This document shows, one piece after another, positions 26,477 through 36,859 of a DNA stretch of 64,000 nt. The notes beneath the pieces are model-generated. The model had not been told where the DNA came from, made no database searches, and saw only the letters and a list, made by a program, of their open reading frames with translations. Location: NCBI GenBank assembly GCA_964542895.1, contig CAZIWT010000001.1, positions 30,573-94,572 of the forward strand, read 5' to 3'. Position 1 is the first letter of the stretch, and each line of letters starts with the position of its first letter. Position numbers and translations under genes: made by a program. The stretch comes from an uncultured Thermodesulfobacteriota bacterium. Its GTDB lineage: Bacteria; Desulfobacterota; Zymogenia; Zymogenales; Zymogenaceae.

Positions 26477-27802
26477 ATGCGCGACGGGATAAAGGAGAAA
26501 GGGATTGCCATATTCAGGGCGGCTGCGAAAAGCGTCGATCCCTACTCGGTAACGATCGGGGCGCTTGAAGGCCGCCGAGAAGCACTGGGCCGCTTCAAGA
26601 ATATCTACGTCATCGGCATCGGCAAGGCCGCCCACCCGATGACGGCGGCCGCAGCGGACTTTCTCGGGGATAAGATTGCCGAGGGCGTCGTCGTCACCAA
26701 GTACGGCCACGGAGACGCTCTCAAGGGGATCGAGGTGATCCAAGCGGGACACCCGATACCGGACGAGCGGGGAGTGACGGGGGCCGGGAGGATTTACGAG
26801 ATCGCCGAAAAGGCAAGTGCCGGAGGCGGAGGGGAGAGCGTAGTGGTCGTCCTGATCTCCGGCGGAGGATCGGCGCTCATGACGGCTCCGGCTGACGGCA
26901 TCGGCTTAAACGACCTCAAGTCGGTAAACGAGATGCTGATCGCCTCCGGCGCCGACATCTACGAGATAAACGGCGTTAGGAAACACCTATCCAGTCTCAA
27001 GGGGGGAAGGCTCGCCCGGATCGCTCATCCCGCGGCCGTACTCTCGCTTGTTATCTCAGATGTCGTCGGCGACGATATATCGACCATAGCGTCCGGCCCC
27101 ACGACCTTCGATCCCACGACCTTTGTAGATGCGATTGACGTGATCGAAAAATATGATTTAGCAGGGAAAATGCCGAGAGCGATCATAGATCACCTATCCG
27201 CGGGAGTAAGGGGAGAGGTGGAGGAGACACCGAAGGAGGGAGACCCGGTCTTTAACGATGTCGAAAACATAATCGTGGGGAGCGCGGCGGCGGCCCTGAC
27301 CGGTGCCGAGAAGAAGGCTGAGGAGGAGGGCTTTAACGCGATGGTACTCTCGTCGGCCTTTGCCGGGGACACCGAAGAGCTCGCCCGCTTTCACAAGTCG
27401 GTGGCGGCGGAGGTGGCGGCCCAGGGAAGACCCGTACCCATGCCTGCCTGCATCATCTCCGGGGGGGAGAGCACGGTAAGGGTGACCGGCCTCGGTAAGG
27501 GGGGAAGAAACACCCACTTCGCACTCAGTTTCGCGGCCCTGACGGAGGGATCAAAGGGGATTTACGGCCTTTTTCTCGGGAGCGACGGCACGGACGGCCC
27601 CACGGACGCCGCCGGGGCCTTCTCCGCCCCGGATACCATCGACCGAGCGCGGGAGATGGGACTTGACGCCCATCAATATCTGAAGGAGTGTGACTCTTAC
27701 AGTTTTTTTGAACCCCTGGGCGACCTGGTCATCACGGGGCCGACCAAGAACAACGTCATGGACATCCGCCTCGTCTTTGTCCTGAAGGAGGGTGGAAGAT
27801 GA
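26477..27802 (+). CDS. glycerate kinase, MOFRL family (GckA/TtuD-like glycerate 2-kinase)
   Basis: DUF4147-like N-terminal domain (VIGIGKAAHPMTAAA...) and MOFRL C-terminal domain (ISGGESTV...GGRNTHFAL...GSDGTDGPTDAAGA). The start was chosen at an internal ATG (MRDGIKEK); the ORF track begins 41 codons upstream. Confidence 0.8.
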   Translation: MRDGIKEKGIAIFRAAAKSVDPYSVTIGALEGRREALGRFKNIYVIGIGKAAHPMTAAAADFLGDKIAEGVVVTKYGHGDALKGIEVIQAGHPIPDERGVTGAGRIYEIAEKASAGGGGESVVVVLISGGGSALMTAPADGIGLNDLKSVNEMLIASGADIYEINGVRKHLSSLKGGRLARIAHPAAVLSLVISDVVGDDISTIASGPTTFDPTTFVDAIDVIEKYDLAGKMPRAIIDHLSAGVRGEVEETPKEGDPVFNDVENIIVGSAAAALTGAEKKAEEEGFNAMVLSSAFAGDTEELARFHKSVAAEVAAQGRPVPMPACIISGGESTVRVTGLGKGGRNTHFALSFAALTEGSKGIYGLFLGSDGTDGPTDAAGAFSAPDTIDRAREMGLDAHQYLKECDSYSFFEPLGDLVITGPTKNNVMDIRLVFVLKEGGR

Positions 27803-28647
27803 AGAGGGTCAAGGGACAACACAAAAGGCCGAACTTCATCTTCAGGGCGATTGGGGGATTCACGGCGCCGATAAGGGGACTCGGCTTCCTGTTGAAGAAC
27901 TTCGGACTCATCAAGTACACGATATTTCCCATCATAATCAACGTCATCCTCGTTATCATCCTCTATCTTGTTGGCACGAAGCTTCTCCTCGACTCCGTGG
28001 ACAGGCTCATCCCGGACGAAAAGGCGTGGTACTGGGCGATCCTCTTCTGGATTGCGGCGGTCTTCACCGTAATCCTCTTCCTCCTCGTTGCCGCCATAAT
28101 CTTCTACATCATCGGTGGGATCATCTGCCTGCCGTTCAACGAGCTCCTCTCCCAGAGGGTTGAGGCGATCGTCCTCGGCAAATCCCACGACGAGCCCTTT
28201 TCCTTACGCGTAATAACGAAGGACATCGGCTACGCCCTCACACACGAGATACTAAAGAGCTTTATTTACCTGTTTATCCTGATCTTGATTCTGCCCCTCT
28301 TTTTCATCGGTCTCTTTACGGTATTCGTGTCCGTGATATTCGCCGTCATTTTCAATATTATTACTTGGATTTTTCTCGCATACGACTACTTCGACCACCC
28401 CCTGGGGAGGAGAAGAATCCCCTTTGCAGACAAGATGAGATTCGTATATAAGAACCTTTCCTCCTCTCTCGGCTTCGGGGCGGCGGCGTTCCTCTTCCTC
28501 TACGTACCGTTTCTCAACCTGATCCTGATCCCGCTGAACGTCATAGGGGGGACAATGCTCTTTTTCGAGATACAAAAATGGTACGGGGAGATGGAGTACA
28601 GGGACATATCACCGCGGGGTAAAAAAAGAAAGGAACTAAAAAGATGA
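27799..28647 (+). CDS. EI24/CysZ-like family polytopic membrane protein
   Basis: 282 aa with ~5-6 TM helices and a topology typical of the EI24 domain. 4-nt overlap with the glycerate kinase stop. Confidence 0.45.
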   Translation: MKRVKGQHKRPNFIFRAIGGFTAPIRGLGFLLKNFGLIKYTIFPIIINVILVIILYLVGTKLLLDSVDRLIPDEKAWYWAILFWIAAVFTVILFLLVAAIIFYIIGGIICLPFNELLSQRVEAIVLGKSHDEPFSLRVITKDIGYALTHEILKSFIYLFILILILPLFFIGLFTVFVSVIFAVIFNIITWIFLAYDYFDHPLGRRRIPFADKMRFVYKNLSSSLGFGAAAFLFLYVPFLNLILIPLNVIGGTMLFFEIQKWYGEMEYRDISPRGKKRKELKR

Positions 28648-29318
28648 GACTCAAAAGCTTTTTTGGGGCGCTGCTTCTTGTAATTATTGCCTCAACCTTC
28701 ACATCCAGTCCCCTCTTCGCCGTCGAGCGAAAGGCGGAGATACTGGGGGCTCGCGTGGCGATCCACGGGGTCCCGGACGCCAACACCAAGGCGATCGCCC
28801 ATGTCAATCGTGGGGTGATCGTTGACGTGATTGGAAGGGGGGAAAATCCCACCCGGGTCGTGGTGGTCACGGAGTACTGGTACAAGATAAGCTACAGGGG
28901 GAAGACCGGCTGGGTATTCGGCCAGTTTTTAAACCTAGACTCGAACAAGAGGGGACTTACCCGGGTGTTCACGTTAAAGGAGCTGATCGAGTACTGCGAG
29001 ATCGAGACGGCTAACCTCAAAAGGACGAGGGAGGCGGGCGCCCACGAGGCGTTGATCGAGTTTTCCAGGGCCTTCCTGAAAGACCTCAATGATATCTCGA
29101 CAGACCCGATCCTCTCTCCCTACTACGGGGAGCTTGACGGCTACAGGGCGCTCGACGCATACTACCTCGCCCTGGGGTACCTCGGCGGTGGCGACAAGGA
29201 TGCGGCGGCGGACCTTACGGATAAGATATCGAATGTATTTCCCAATATTAAGCTTCCGGACGGGAGGAAAACGGGGGACCTCATTTTCGAGCTGAAAAGT
29301 CTCATCGATAATAATTGA
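28644..29318 (+). CDS. secreted bacterial SH3 (SH3b) domain protein
   Basis: Signal peptide followed by an SH3_3-like stretch (ARVAIHGVPD...GVIVDVIGRG...YWYKISYRGKTGWVFGQFL). Confidence 0.6.
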   Translation: MRLKSFFGALLLVIIASTFTSSPLFAVERKAEILGARVAIHGVPDANTKAIAHVNRGVIVDVIGRGENPTRVVVVTEYWYKISYRGKTGWVFGQFLNLDSNKRGLTRVFTLKELIEYCEIETANLKRTREAGAHEALIEFSRAFLKDLNDISTDPILSPYYGELDGYRALDAYYLALGYLGGGDKDAAADLTDKISNVFPNIKLPDGRKTGDLIFELKSLIDNN

Positions 29319-29416
29319 CGGGGCGGGTGGATAGAAGATCGGATGCCTCTGAATTGCGCCACCTTTTGGTAACGCAAGGTATAAATAAGAACACCATAAC
29401 TGTAAAAGAGCATACC

Positions 29417-30826
29417 ATGGCCAAGGTCGATATATTTTTCAATCCTAAGAGCATGGCGGTTATCGGCGCCTCAGAAAATCCGAGGAAGGGCGGAAATATA
29501 GTCATCAGAAACCTCCTCGATTTCGGCTACGGGGGAAAGATCTATCCCGTGAATCCGAAGGCGGCGGCGGCCGGGGGCGAGATCCTGGGGTTTACGGCCT
29601 ACGACTCGATCGCGTCCATCCCGGAGGGGCCGGAGCTCGCCATGATCGTCATCCCGAGGGACCTGGTGCCCGAGGCGGTCGCCCAGTGCGGCGAGGCGGG
29701 GGTCAAGGGGATCATCATCTCCACCGCCGGGTTTTCCGACTCCGGCGAGGAGGTGGGGGTAAACCTCGAGGCGGAGATAAAAAAATCGATCGAGAAGTAC
29801 AACCTCAGGATCATGGGGCCGAACAGCATCGGCACGATAAACGTAAAGGACTCCTTCGTCACGTCGATCACGACCCTCGACAAACCGAAGAAGAGGGGGT
29901 CGGTCTCGTTCTTCGGCCAGACCGGGATGTTCGCCAGCGGTTTCTTCAGGTGGATAACCTCCTCCCAAAATTTTTCTATTGCGAAGGTTGCCTGCCTGGG
30001 GAACAAGGCGGACATCGACGAGTGCGACGTCCTCGAATATCTGGGCAGGGACCCGGAGACGGACGTTGTGGGGATATACTTCGAGGGGGTTAGGGACGGG
30101 AGGCGATTCATCGATACGGCGAGGGAGGTGACGAGGAAAAAACCGGTAGTGGTCTTGAAATCGGGGAGGACCGAGACCGGCGCCAGGGCCATATCCTCCC
30201 ACACGGGGACGCTCGCCGGAAGCGACAAGATCTACGACGGGGTCTTCGAGGCCTCGGGGCTTGTCCGGGTTGAGGACTTCGACCACTTCTACGACGCCCT
30301 GAAGGCCTTTTCCTACGTCCCCCTCCCGAAGGGGAACAGGCTCGGCGTGATCTCGATAACGGGCGTGGGGTGCGTGCTGACGGCGGACTACGCCGGCGCC
30401 CACGGCCTCGTCATCCCATCCCTCTCCGATTCGTTAAAAAGCGAGATGAGGGAGGTCTTCCCGGACTGGGCCTCGGTGGGAAATCCGGTCGACATGTGGT
30501 TCGCCATAGAGAACGTAGGGCCGAAGAAAGCCTACGAGGCGCTGACCAGAAAGCTCGCGGCGGACGATCGATTCGACCTCATCCTCGTGATCTTTACGCT
30601 CATCCCGGAGTCCGACTTTAACGCCGCGGAAGTCATCTCCAAGATCAGGGACGAAAACCCGGACAAGGTCTTCCTCACCTGCTTCATGGCCGGGGAGCTC
30701 TCGATGTATCGCAGGTGGTACTCCGAATTCGAGGAGAAAAAAATACCGGTCTTTCCGGATCCCGGGAGGATGATCAGGGCCGCCGCCTCCCTCTACAGGT
30801 ACAGTGAATTCAAGAAAAACCGTTGA
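29417..30826 (+). CDS. acetyl-CoA synthetase (ADP-forming) alpha subunit / CoA-binding + succinyl-CoA-synthetase-like domain protein
   Basis: MAKVDIFFNPKSMAVIGASENPRKGGNIVIRNLL...KIYPVNPK... is the canonical N-terminus of NDP-forming acyl-CoA synthetase alpha. There is no beta (ATP-grasp) partner adjacent. Start moved to an internal ATG preceded by an RBS. Confidence 0.8.
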   Translation: MAKVDIFFNPKSMAVIGASENPRKGGNIVIRNLLDFGYGGKIYPVNPKAAAAGGEILGFTAYDSIASIPEGPELAMIVIPRDLVPEAVAQCGEAGVKGIIISTAGFSDSGEEVGVNLEAEIKKSIEKYNLRIMGPNSIGTINVKDSFVTSITTLDKPKKRGSVSFFGQTGMFASGFFRWITSSQNFSIAKVACLGNKADIDECDVLEYLGRDPETDVVGIYFEGVRDGRRFIDTAREVTRKKPVVVLKSGRTETGARAISSHTGTLAGSDKIYDGVFEASGLVRVEDFDHFYDALKAFSYVPLPKGNRLGVISITGVGCVLTADYAGAHGLVIPSLSDSLKSEMREVFPDWASVGNPVDMWFAIENVGPKKAYEALTRKLAADDRFDLILVIFTLIPESDFNAAEVISKIRDENPDKVFLTCFMAGELSMYRRWYSEFEEKKIPVFPDPGRMIRAAASLYRYSEFKKNR

Positions 30827-30930
30827 GCCGAAGGGTGATTGATATATGAAATCCCAATTCGGCCTGATACAAAGCGGGCGTTGAGCCCGGTTTATTTGAG
30901 ACATTTTAAACCGTTTTTCAGGAAAAAATC

Positions 30931-31779
30931 GTGATACCTTACCCGAACATCGATCCGGTTATTGTAAAGATCTGGAAGCTGGAGATCCGCTGGTACGGGA
31001 TAATGTACCTCCTCGGCTTTATCGCCGCCTTTTTAGTCATCGGGCACCTGGCAAAGAAAAAAGATATTAAGCTCACCGGAGACGACCTCTGGGACTATAT
31101 TTTTTACCTGATGCTGGGGGTGATAGTGGGCGGCAGGCTCGGCTACTGTCTTTTCTACTGGCCGGGGGGGCCGGGGGCGTTCTTCTCAAACCCCCTGATG
31201 CTGTTCGCCGTCTGGCAGGGGGGGATGTCCTTTCACGGCGGCTTCGCCGGCGTTCTACTCGCCGTAATATACTGCTCGTGGAGAAAGGGGATACCCTTCT
31301 ACGACATAGCGGACATCACCGCCGTCGCCGGCCCCATAGGGATAGGGCTGGGAAGGATCGGAAACTTCATCAACGGCGAGCTCTGGGGGCGGGCCACAGA
31401 CGTGTCCTGGTGCATGGTCTTCCCGCTGGACGAGCTGTCTCTCTGCCGCCACCCCTCCCAGCTCTACGAGTCGTTTCTTGAGGGGCTTCTCCTCTTTATC
31501 ATCATCTTTGTAATGAACGTAAGGGGCGTGAGGCGGGGAATCCCCACCTGGTCTTTCTTCGCATTTTACGGCCTTTTTCGCTTCTTCGCGGAGTTTTACC
31601 GCCAGCCGGATCCCCACCTCGGATACATCGTCGGCCCCTTGAGCATGGGACAGCTCTTGACGCTCCCGATGATTCTTATCGGGGGCGTAATGATAATATA
31701 CCTCCTCGCCAAAGGTGATGAAAACCCCGGCGCCAAAAAAAGTGGGCAAAAAGGTAAAGGGGAGGAAGTAAGACCATGA
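30931..31779 (+). CDS. lgt: prolipoprotein diacylglyceryl transferase
   Basis: IRWYGIMYLLGFIAAF, the Lgt signature region (...GRIGNFINGELWGR...) and the HPSQLYES motif. 282 aa. Confidence 0.9.
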   Translation: MIPYPNIDPVIVKIWKLEIRWYGIMYLLGFIAAFLVIGHLAKKKDIKLTGDDLWDYIFYLMLGVIVGGRLGYCLFYWPGGPGAFFSNPLMLFAVWQGGMSFHGGFAGVLLAVIYCSWRKGIPFYDIADITAVAGPIGIGLGRIGNFINGELWGRATDVSWCMVFPLDELSLCRHPSQLYESFLEGLLLFIIIFVMNVRGVRRGIPTWSFFAFYGLFRFFAEFYRQPDPHLGYIVGPLSMGQLLTLPMILIGGVMIIYLLAKGDENPGAKKSGQKGKGEEVRP

Positions 31780-33185
31780 GACCGACGAAAATTATCTGCA
31801 CGCTGGGCCCCGCCACGGAGTCGATCGACATGATAAGGGCGCTTTCCGAGGCCGGGATGAGTACTGTGAGGCTCAACTTCTCCCACGGAACCCACGAAGG
31901 ACACAAAAAGACCGTCGAGGCGGTACGAAAGGTGGAGAAGGAGATAGGAAGACCCGTCGGGATAATCGTCGATCTCGCGGGCCCGAAGATAAGGGTGAAG
32001 GACGTCCCCGGCGGAATATTACAGCTCGATGACGGAGGCGAGATCAGGCTCACGGGAAGCGCGGCGAAAGAGTCCGGCCTTCTCGCGATAAACTACCCCC
32101 ACATCGCCCGGGAGATGAAGCCGGGCGAGAGGATATTTATTTCTGACGGGACGATCGAGCTTGAGGTAACCGGAATCGACGGGGACGAGATAAGGGCGCT
32201 TGTGAAGAACGGCGGGGAGATAACGCCTGGGAAGGGGGTCAACCTCCCGGACACTGAGCTCTCGATAGAGTCGATCACCGAAAAGGACAGGGAAGACCTC
32301 GCCTTCGGCCTCGGCCTCGGGGTCGACTGGGTCGCCCTCTCCTTTGTGAGGAGCGCCGATGACGTGAAGACGATAAAGGGGCTCATCGCCGAAGCAGGAA
32401 AGGACGTCCCTGTGATCGCAAAGATCGAGAAGACGGAAGCGCTGACCAACATCGCCTCCATCCTCGAAGTATCAGACGGAATACTCGTCGCCCGGGGGGA
32501 CCTGGGCGTGGAGACCCCCCTCGAGGAGGTTCCGCTGGTGCAGAAAATCCTGATCCGCCTCGCCAACGAGGTGGGAAAGCCGGTTATCGTGGCGACGCAC
32601 ATGCTGGAGAGCATGATCCATGAGAAGCGCCCCACGCGGGCCGAGGCTTCGGACGTGGCAAACGCCGTGATCGACGGGAGCGACGCCTTGCTTCTCTCCG
32701 GGGAGACGGCCGTGGGGAAACACCCGGTTAAGGCGGTGGCCACCATGGCAAACATTGCGAACACGGCGAAGGACGGACTTCACTCCGAGGACTGGGAGAG
32801 CTCCGTCGAGAAATACAGGGAGGAGAGTGTTACCCACGCCGTGTGCCACGCCGCATATCACACGGCGAAGGACTTAAGCGCCTCGGTGATAATCACCCCC
32901 ACCTCCACCGGCACGACCCCCAGGATGGTGGCCCGCTACAAGCCTAAGCAGCCGATCGTCGCCCTCTCCCCAAAGATCGACACGATAAGGAGGCTTACGC
33001 TCTCTTTCAACATATTTGCCCGCCTCGTTAAGTTCAACGACAACATGGACGACCTGATCAGAACGGCGAAGGAGGAGGCGATAAAGTCGGGGTTCGTGAA
33101 AAGCGGCGATATCGCCGTCATCACGGCGGGATTTCCGCCCGGGGTCGCCGGCACCACAAACCTCATTCGGGTCGAGATCATCTGA
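31776..33185 (+). CDS. pyk: pyruvate kinase
   Basis: MRPTKIICTLGPATES...VRLNFSHG...; 469 aa, full PK barrel plus C-terminal domain. Confidence 0.9.
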   Translation: MRPTKIICTLGPATESIDMIRALSEAGMSTVRLNFSHGTHEGHKKTVEAVRKVEKEIGRPVGIIVDLAGPKIRVKDVPGGILQLDDGGEIRLTGSAAKESGLLAINYPHIAREMKPGERIFISDGTIELEVTGIDGDEIRALVKNGGEITPGKGVNLPDTELSIESITEKDREDLAFGLGLGVDWVALSFVRSADDVKTIKGLIAEAGKDVPVIAKIEKTEALTNIASILEVSDGILVARGDLGVETPLEEVPLVQKILIRLANEVGKPVIVATHMLESMIHEKRPTRAEASDVANAVIDGSDALLLSGETAVGKHPVKAVATMANIANTAKDGLHSEDWESSVEKYREESVTHAVCHAAYHTAKDLSASVIITPTSTGTTPRMVARYKPKQPIVALSPKIDTIRRLTLSFNIFARLVKFNDNMDDLIRTAKEEAIKSGFVKSGDIAVITAGFPPGVAGTTNLIRVEII

Positions 33186-33279
33186 GATCTACTCAGACTA
33201 TTTTCCCACTAAAATAATTTGACATAGCAAACGAAAGGTGATAAATGACACGGGAAACTTTTTGTAGAAAGGTCCTTTT

Positions 33280-34386
33280 ATGAACACGCGCGAGAGATTT
33301 CACGCCACGTGCAGTTTTGAAAAGCCGGACAGGCCGGTGCGCTGGGAGACGATAGGCTACTGGACGGAGACCCTCGACCGCTGGCACAAGGAGGGTCTCC
33401 CGGAGACGGTCATCGACAACGTCTTTACCGGCCCGGACTACTTCGGCTTCGACAAGATGAATTATTTGACCGTTGCGGCGGGAGCGGACTCCGAGCCGAG
33501 CTTTTGCCCCGCCTTCGATATCGAGATCATTGAGGAGACGGACAGGCACATCTTGAAGAGGGACCTGGCGGGGAAGATCGTCAAGGTCCACGTCGAGGGG
33601 CAGTCCGGCCTTCCCCAGGACTTCGACCATCCGGTGAAGACGATGGCGGACTTCGAGGCATTGAAGTGGCGCCTCGACCCGGAAACCCCGGAGCGCTTCA
33701 CACTAAACATCGACATCATGATAAATCTCGCAAACAGCTTCGGAGACGACTGCTTCAACTCCGCCGTCTGTTGCGGCCTCTTCGGGACTTACCGCCACCT
33801 GATGGGCCTTGTGGGGATGTCGGTCCTGATGAAGAGGGAGCCGAAGCTCCTCCACGCGGTCGCTGAGAACTGGGTCTACATGCACGAGACCCTCATGAAA
33901 AAAGTTCGGGAGAAGGCGGTCATCGACTACATTTACTTCTGGGAGGATATGTCCTACAAGAACGGGCCGATGATCTCTCCCAAGGCGTTTAAGGAGTTCA
34001 TGTCCCCCTACTACAAGAGGCTGATCGACTCATTAAAGGCGGACACCGACATCCGCGTCTTTGCCGTGGACTCGGACGGAAACCTCTGGACAATCCTCCA
34101 GCTCTTTTCCGAGGTGGGGATAAACATGATGCTCCCCTTCGAGGTGCAGGCGGGAATGGACATAAGGGAGGTGAGGGAGAAGTTCCCGAAGATGGTGATC
34201 TGGGGTGGAATCGACAAGATGGCGTTATTCGACAAGGAAGAACATATCGAGAAAGAGGTCATGGACAAGGTACCGCCCCTTCTCAAGAGCGGGGGATTTA
34301 TCCCCGCTGTAGACCACGCCGTACCCCCGGAGGTCTCGCTGAAGAACTACGAGAGGTTCCTCGAGATGGTGAGGGGAATGAAGTAG
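33280..34386 (+). CDS. uroporphyrinogen decarboxylase (URO-D) superfamily protein, MtaA/CmuA-like methyltransferase type (paralog 1)
   Basis: 368 aa with a URO-D fold-type N-terminus (MNTRERFHATCSFEKPDRPVRWE...). It lacks the HemE MRQAGRY motif. Confidence 0.65.
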   Translation: MNTRERFHATCSFEKPDRPVRWETIGYWTETLDRWHKEGLPETVIDNVFTGPDYFGFDKMNYLTVAAGADSEPSFCPAFDIEIIEETDRHILKRDLAGKIVKVHVEGQSGLPQDFDHPVKTMADFEALKWRLDPETPERFTLNIDIMINLANSFGDDCFNSAVCCGLFGTYRHLMGLVGMSVLMKREPKLLHAVAENWVYMHETLMKKVREKAVIDYIYFWEDMSYKNGPMISPKAFKEFMSPYYKRLIDSLKADTDIRVFAVDSDGNLWTILQLFSEVGINMMLPFEVQAGMDIREVREKFPKMVIWGGIDKMALFDKEEHIEKEVMDKVPPLLKSGGFIPAVDHAVPPEVSLKNYERFLEMVRGMK

Positions 34387-34518
34387 CTCTCAAAAAACGA
34401 TTACCCTTTAAACCCAAGGCGAAAGAGGACGGTCTTTACCTACCGCAAATACTCCTTTAAGTTTGGGATTAAGTTATTAAAATCCAGATTTTGATATCGG
34501 AACGGTTAAAGAGATACA

Positions 34519-35622
34519 ATGAATGTACGAGAGAGATTTCACGCCCTGTGCAATTTTGAAAAGGCAGACAGGCCGGTACGCTACGAGGCGCTGGGCTTCT
34601 GGGAGGAAACCCTCGCTCGCTGGCACACCGAGGGCCTTCCGGAGACGGTAATCGACTCGGCGTTTACCGCCCCGGATCACTTCGGCTTCGACAAGATGAG
34701 CTGGCTTCCCATCATGGCCAACACCGACTATGAGCCCGGCTTCTGGCCCGCTTTCGAGGAGGAGGTGATCGAAGAGGGGGACAAATACGTCGTAAAGCGG
34801 GACGTTGGGGGAAACACCGTCAAGGTCTTCACCGACGGCCGCTCGACGATCCCCCAGTATATAGACCACCCGGTAAAGACCATCGACGATTTTGAGGCCC
34901 TGAAATGGCGTCTCGACCCGGAGACGCCGGAGCGCTTCACCGACTTTCTGGACGCCATGGCGGCAATGGCAAACGCCTTTGGCGAAGACACATACACCTG
35001 CGCCCACCAGTGCGGCCTCTTCGGGACGTTCAGGCTCCTTCTGGGGCTTAAAGGTCTGTCTGTGGCCACGAGGAGGGACCCGAACCTCCTCCACGAGATA
35101 GCAAGACATTGGGTCCATCTCAACGAGGTCACGATAAAGAAGATGAGGGAGCGGTCGATAATCGACTGGGTCTTCTTCTTCGAGGATATGTCGTACAAGA
35201 ACGGCCCGATGATATCGCCGAAGGCGTTTAAGGAGTTCATGTCGCCATACTACAAGAGGCTCATCGACTCGATCACGGCTGATACGGACATAAGGGTCTT
35301 CTGCGTCGACTCGGACGGGGACGTGACCCTCCTCATCCCCCTGTTCACCGAGGCGGGGATAAACATGATGCTACCCTTCGAGGTCCAGGCTGGGATGGAC
35401 GTTGTGAAGGTCAGGGAGGAACACCCGGATCTCGTCATAATGGGGGGGATAGATAAAATCGCCCTCTTCGGCGACGAGGCCGAGATAAGAGACGAGGTCG
35501 TCGAGAAGGTAAGGTTCATGCTTGGAAAGGGGGGCTTTATCCCTTCCATCGATCACAACATCCCCCCGGACGTATCCCTTGAAAATTTCGAGAGATACCT
35601 GGAGATCGTGAGGGGGCTCTAA
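34519..35622 (+). CDS. URO-D superfamily protein, MtaA/CmuA-like (paralog 2, tandem with paralog 1)
   Basis: 367 aa, ~60% identical by eye to the upstream gene. It includes an identical 30-aa block EDMSYKNGPMISPKAFKEFMSPYYKRLIDS encoded with synonymous differences. Confidence 0.65.
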   Translation: MNVRERFHALCNFEKADRPVRYEALGFWEETLARWHTEGLPETVIDSAFTAPDHFGFDKMSWLPIMANTDYEPGFWPAFEEEVIEEGDKYVVKRDVGGNTVKVFTDGRSTIPQYIDHPVKTIDDFEALKWRLDPETPERFTDFLDAMAAMANAFGEDTYTCAHQCGLFGTFRLLLGLKGLSVATRRDPNLLHEIARHWVHLNEVTIKKMRERSIIDWVFFFEDMSYKNGPMISPKAFKEFMSPYYKRLIDSITADTDIRVFCVDSDGDVTLLIPLFTEAGINMMLPFEVQAGMDVVKVREEHPDLVIMGGIDKIALFGDEAEIRDEVVEKVRFMLGKGGFIPSIDHNIPPDVSLENFERYLEIVRGL

Positions 35623-35832
35623 TATTTATTAGTATCGCTATTAGCATCGGCATTAGAGGGGAAGGGCTCCCCCATTAACGGCACGGGGAAGACCCCGATA
35701 TCTTACCGCCTCATACCAAAATTGATTCCATCAAAGAAAATGCCGGATAGACAATCAAAAACTTTTCGCTTGATATTTACCCGGCTTATTGCTATATTTT
35801 TCGGGTTATCAATCCTGAAAGAGGAAAACAAG

Positions 35833-36498
35833 ATGAAAAAGATATTATACCTTTTTGCGGCCGCCTCCCTTATTTTCATCTTCGCCCTTCCAGTTTTGGC
35901 CGTGGACAACGCCACCATAACCGGAGACGGCCTGAGGGTGAGGGAGAAACCCAGCCTCGAGGGGAAAAAGCTCGGCAGCGTAAACAAGGGCTACCGGGTA
36001 GAGGCGTTGGCCCACTCGAACCACACCGACAACATCGACGGCTTCACCGGCTACTGGTACTACATCGTCTACAAAGACCTCTCCGGATGGGTGTTCGGGA
36101 AATACATTCAGATAGATATTGCGACGTCCATTCCGTCGGAGAGCGAGTTCACGCCGCCGAAGCCCTCCAAGGCCAAGGCCAACCTCAACGACATCCTCGG
36201 AAACTGGCCGATGTATCACGACACACCCAACGTCATCTATTCCTTCTACAACGACGGCAAGGCGAAGTTCGTATCCTCCTACTTTGAAGATGGGACAGAC
36301 AGGGTCATTAACAGACCCGAGGTCTGGGGGAGCTACATCTTTGACGGAAAGACGATTCATGTCAACTGGAACGACGGGACGAGCAGCGTGTTTTACGTCA
36401 AAAAGGAGTACGGCGTAACGAGCCTCACCGTGGACGGAAAGCTCCTTCCCGCGGAGCTTCACATGCTCGGCCCGGGGGAGACGCTGGAGAACGATTAG
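35833..36498 (+). CDS. secreted SH3b-domain protein (second SH3b paralog)
   Basis: Start at an internal ATG with a GAGGAAA RBS (MKKILYLFAAASLIFIFALPVLA signal peptide). SH3_3-like region ATITGDGLRVREKPS...GYWYYIVYKDLSGWVFGKYIQ. Confidence 0.6.
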   Translation: MKKILYLFAAASLIFIFALPVLAVDNATITGDGLRVREKPSLEGKKLGSVNKGYRVEALAHSNHTDNIDGFTGYWYYIVYKDLSGWVFGKYIQIDIATSIPSESEFTPPKPSKAKANLNDILGNWPMYHDTPNVIYSFYNDGKAKFVSSYFEDGTDRVINRPEVWGSYIFDGKTIHVNWNDGTSSVFYVKKEYGVTSLTVDGKLLPAELHMLGPGETLEND

Positions 36499-36686
36499 CG
36501 GGGTTGGCCGAATTTAATGGTGGGAGTTGGTTTTAGGTGGGATAAATCCTTTAAGGGTCAGGGCGCTGAGCGGGTCGGCTCTTTATCGAAAGCGGGACGG
36601 TCCTTTATAGAATATTGTTTCCCCTCCGCTTCTCTTCCCAAAAACGAGTCGTATTTATATAACCTACATCGCCGTAAACCAATCAG

Positions 36687-36718
36687 GCCCCCGGAGTTTT
36701 GGGGGCTTTTCATTTTTT
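36687..36718 (+). terminator. rho-independent terminator (GCCCCC-ggagtttt-GGGGGC + T-rich tail)
   Basis: Perfect 6-bp GC stem, 8-nt loop and a TTTTCATTTTTT tail, read directly. About 190 nt downstream of the SH3b gene. Confidence 0.55.
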
Positions 36719-36859
36719 GTTTAAACATGGGCGGGACCGAGATCCTTTTTACATCCCTATACAAGCAACAAGACCGAATAACAAAAGGGGCTGTAACTCG
36801 GATCGAGCTTATCGGTAGTTCAAACGCAATCTTAAGCGAATATCCCTGTCAATCGGTGC

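Noticed and set aside
29471-30403. 310-aa and 209-aa minus-strand ORFs overlapping the ACD-alpha gene
   Set aside because: Antisense artefacts in GC-rich DNA. The plus-strand frame has an unmistakable NDP-forming acyl-CoA synthetase alpha N-terminus.
33181-33199. TCTGAG-atcta-CTCAGA hairpin spanning the pyk stop codon as a terminator
   Set aside because: The stem is short and the tail only weakly T-rich (ctatttt). It could be a weak attenuator but there is not enough evidence to call it.
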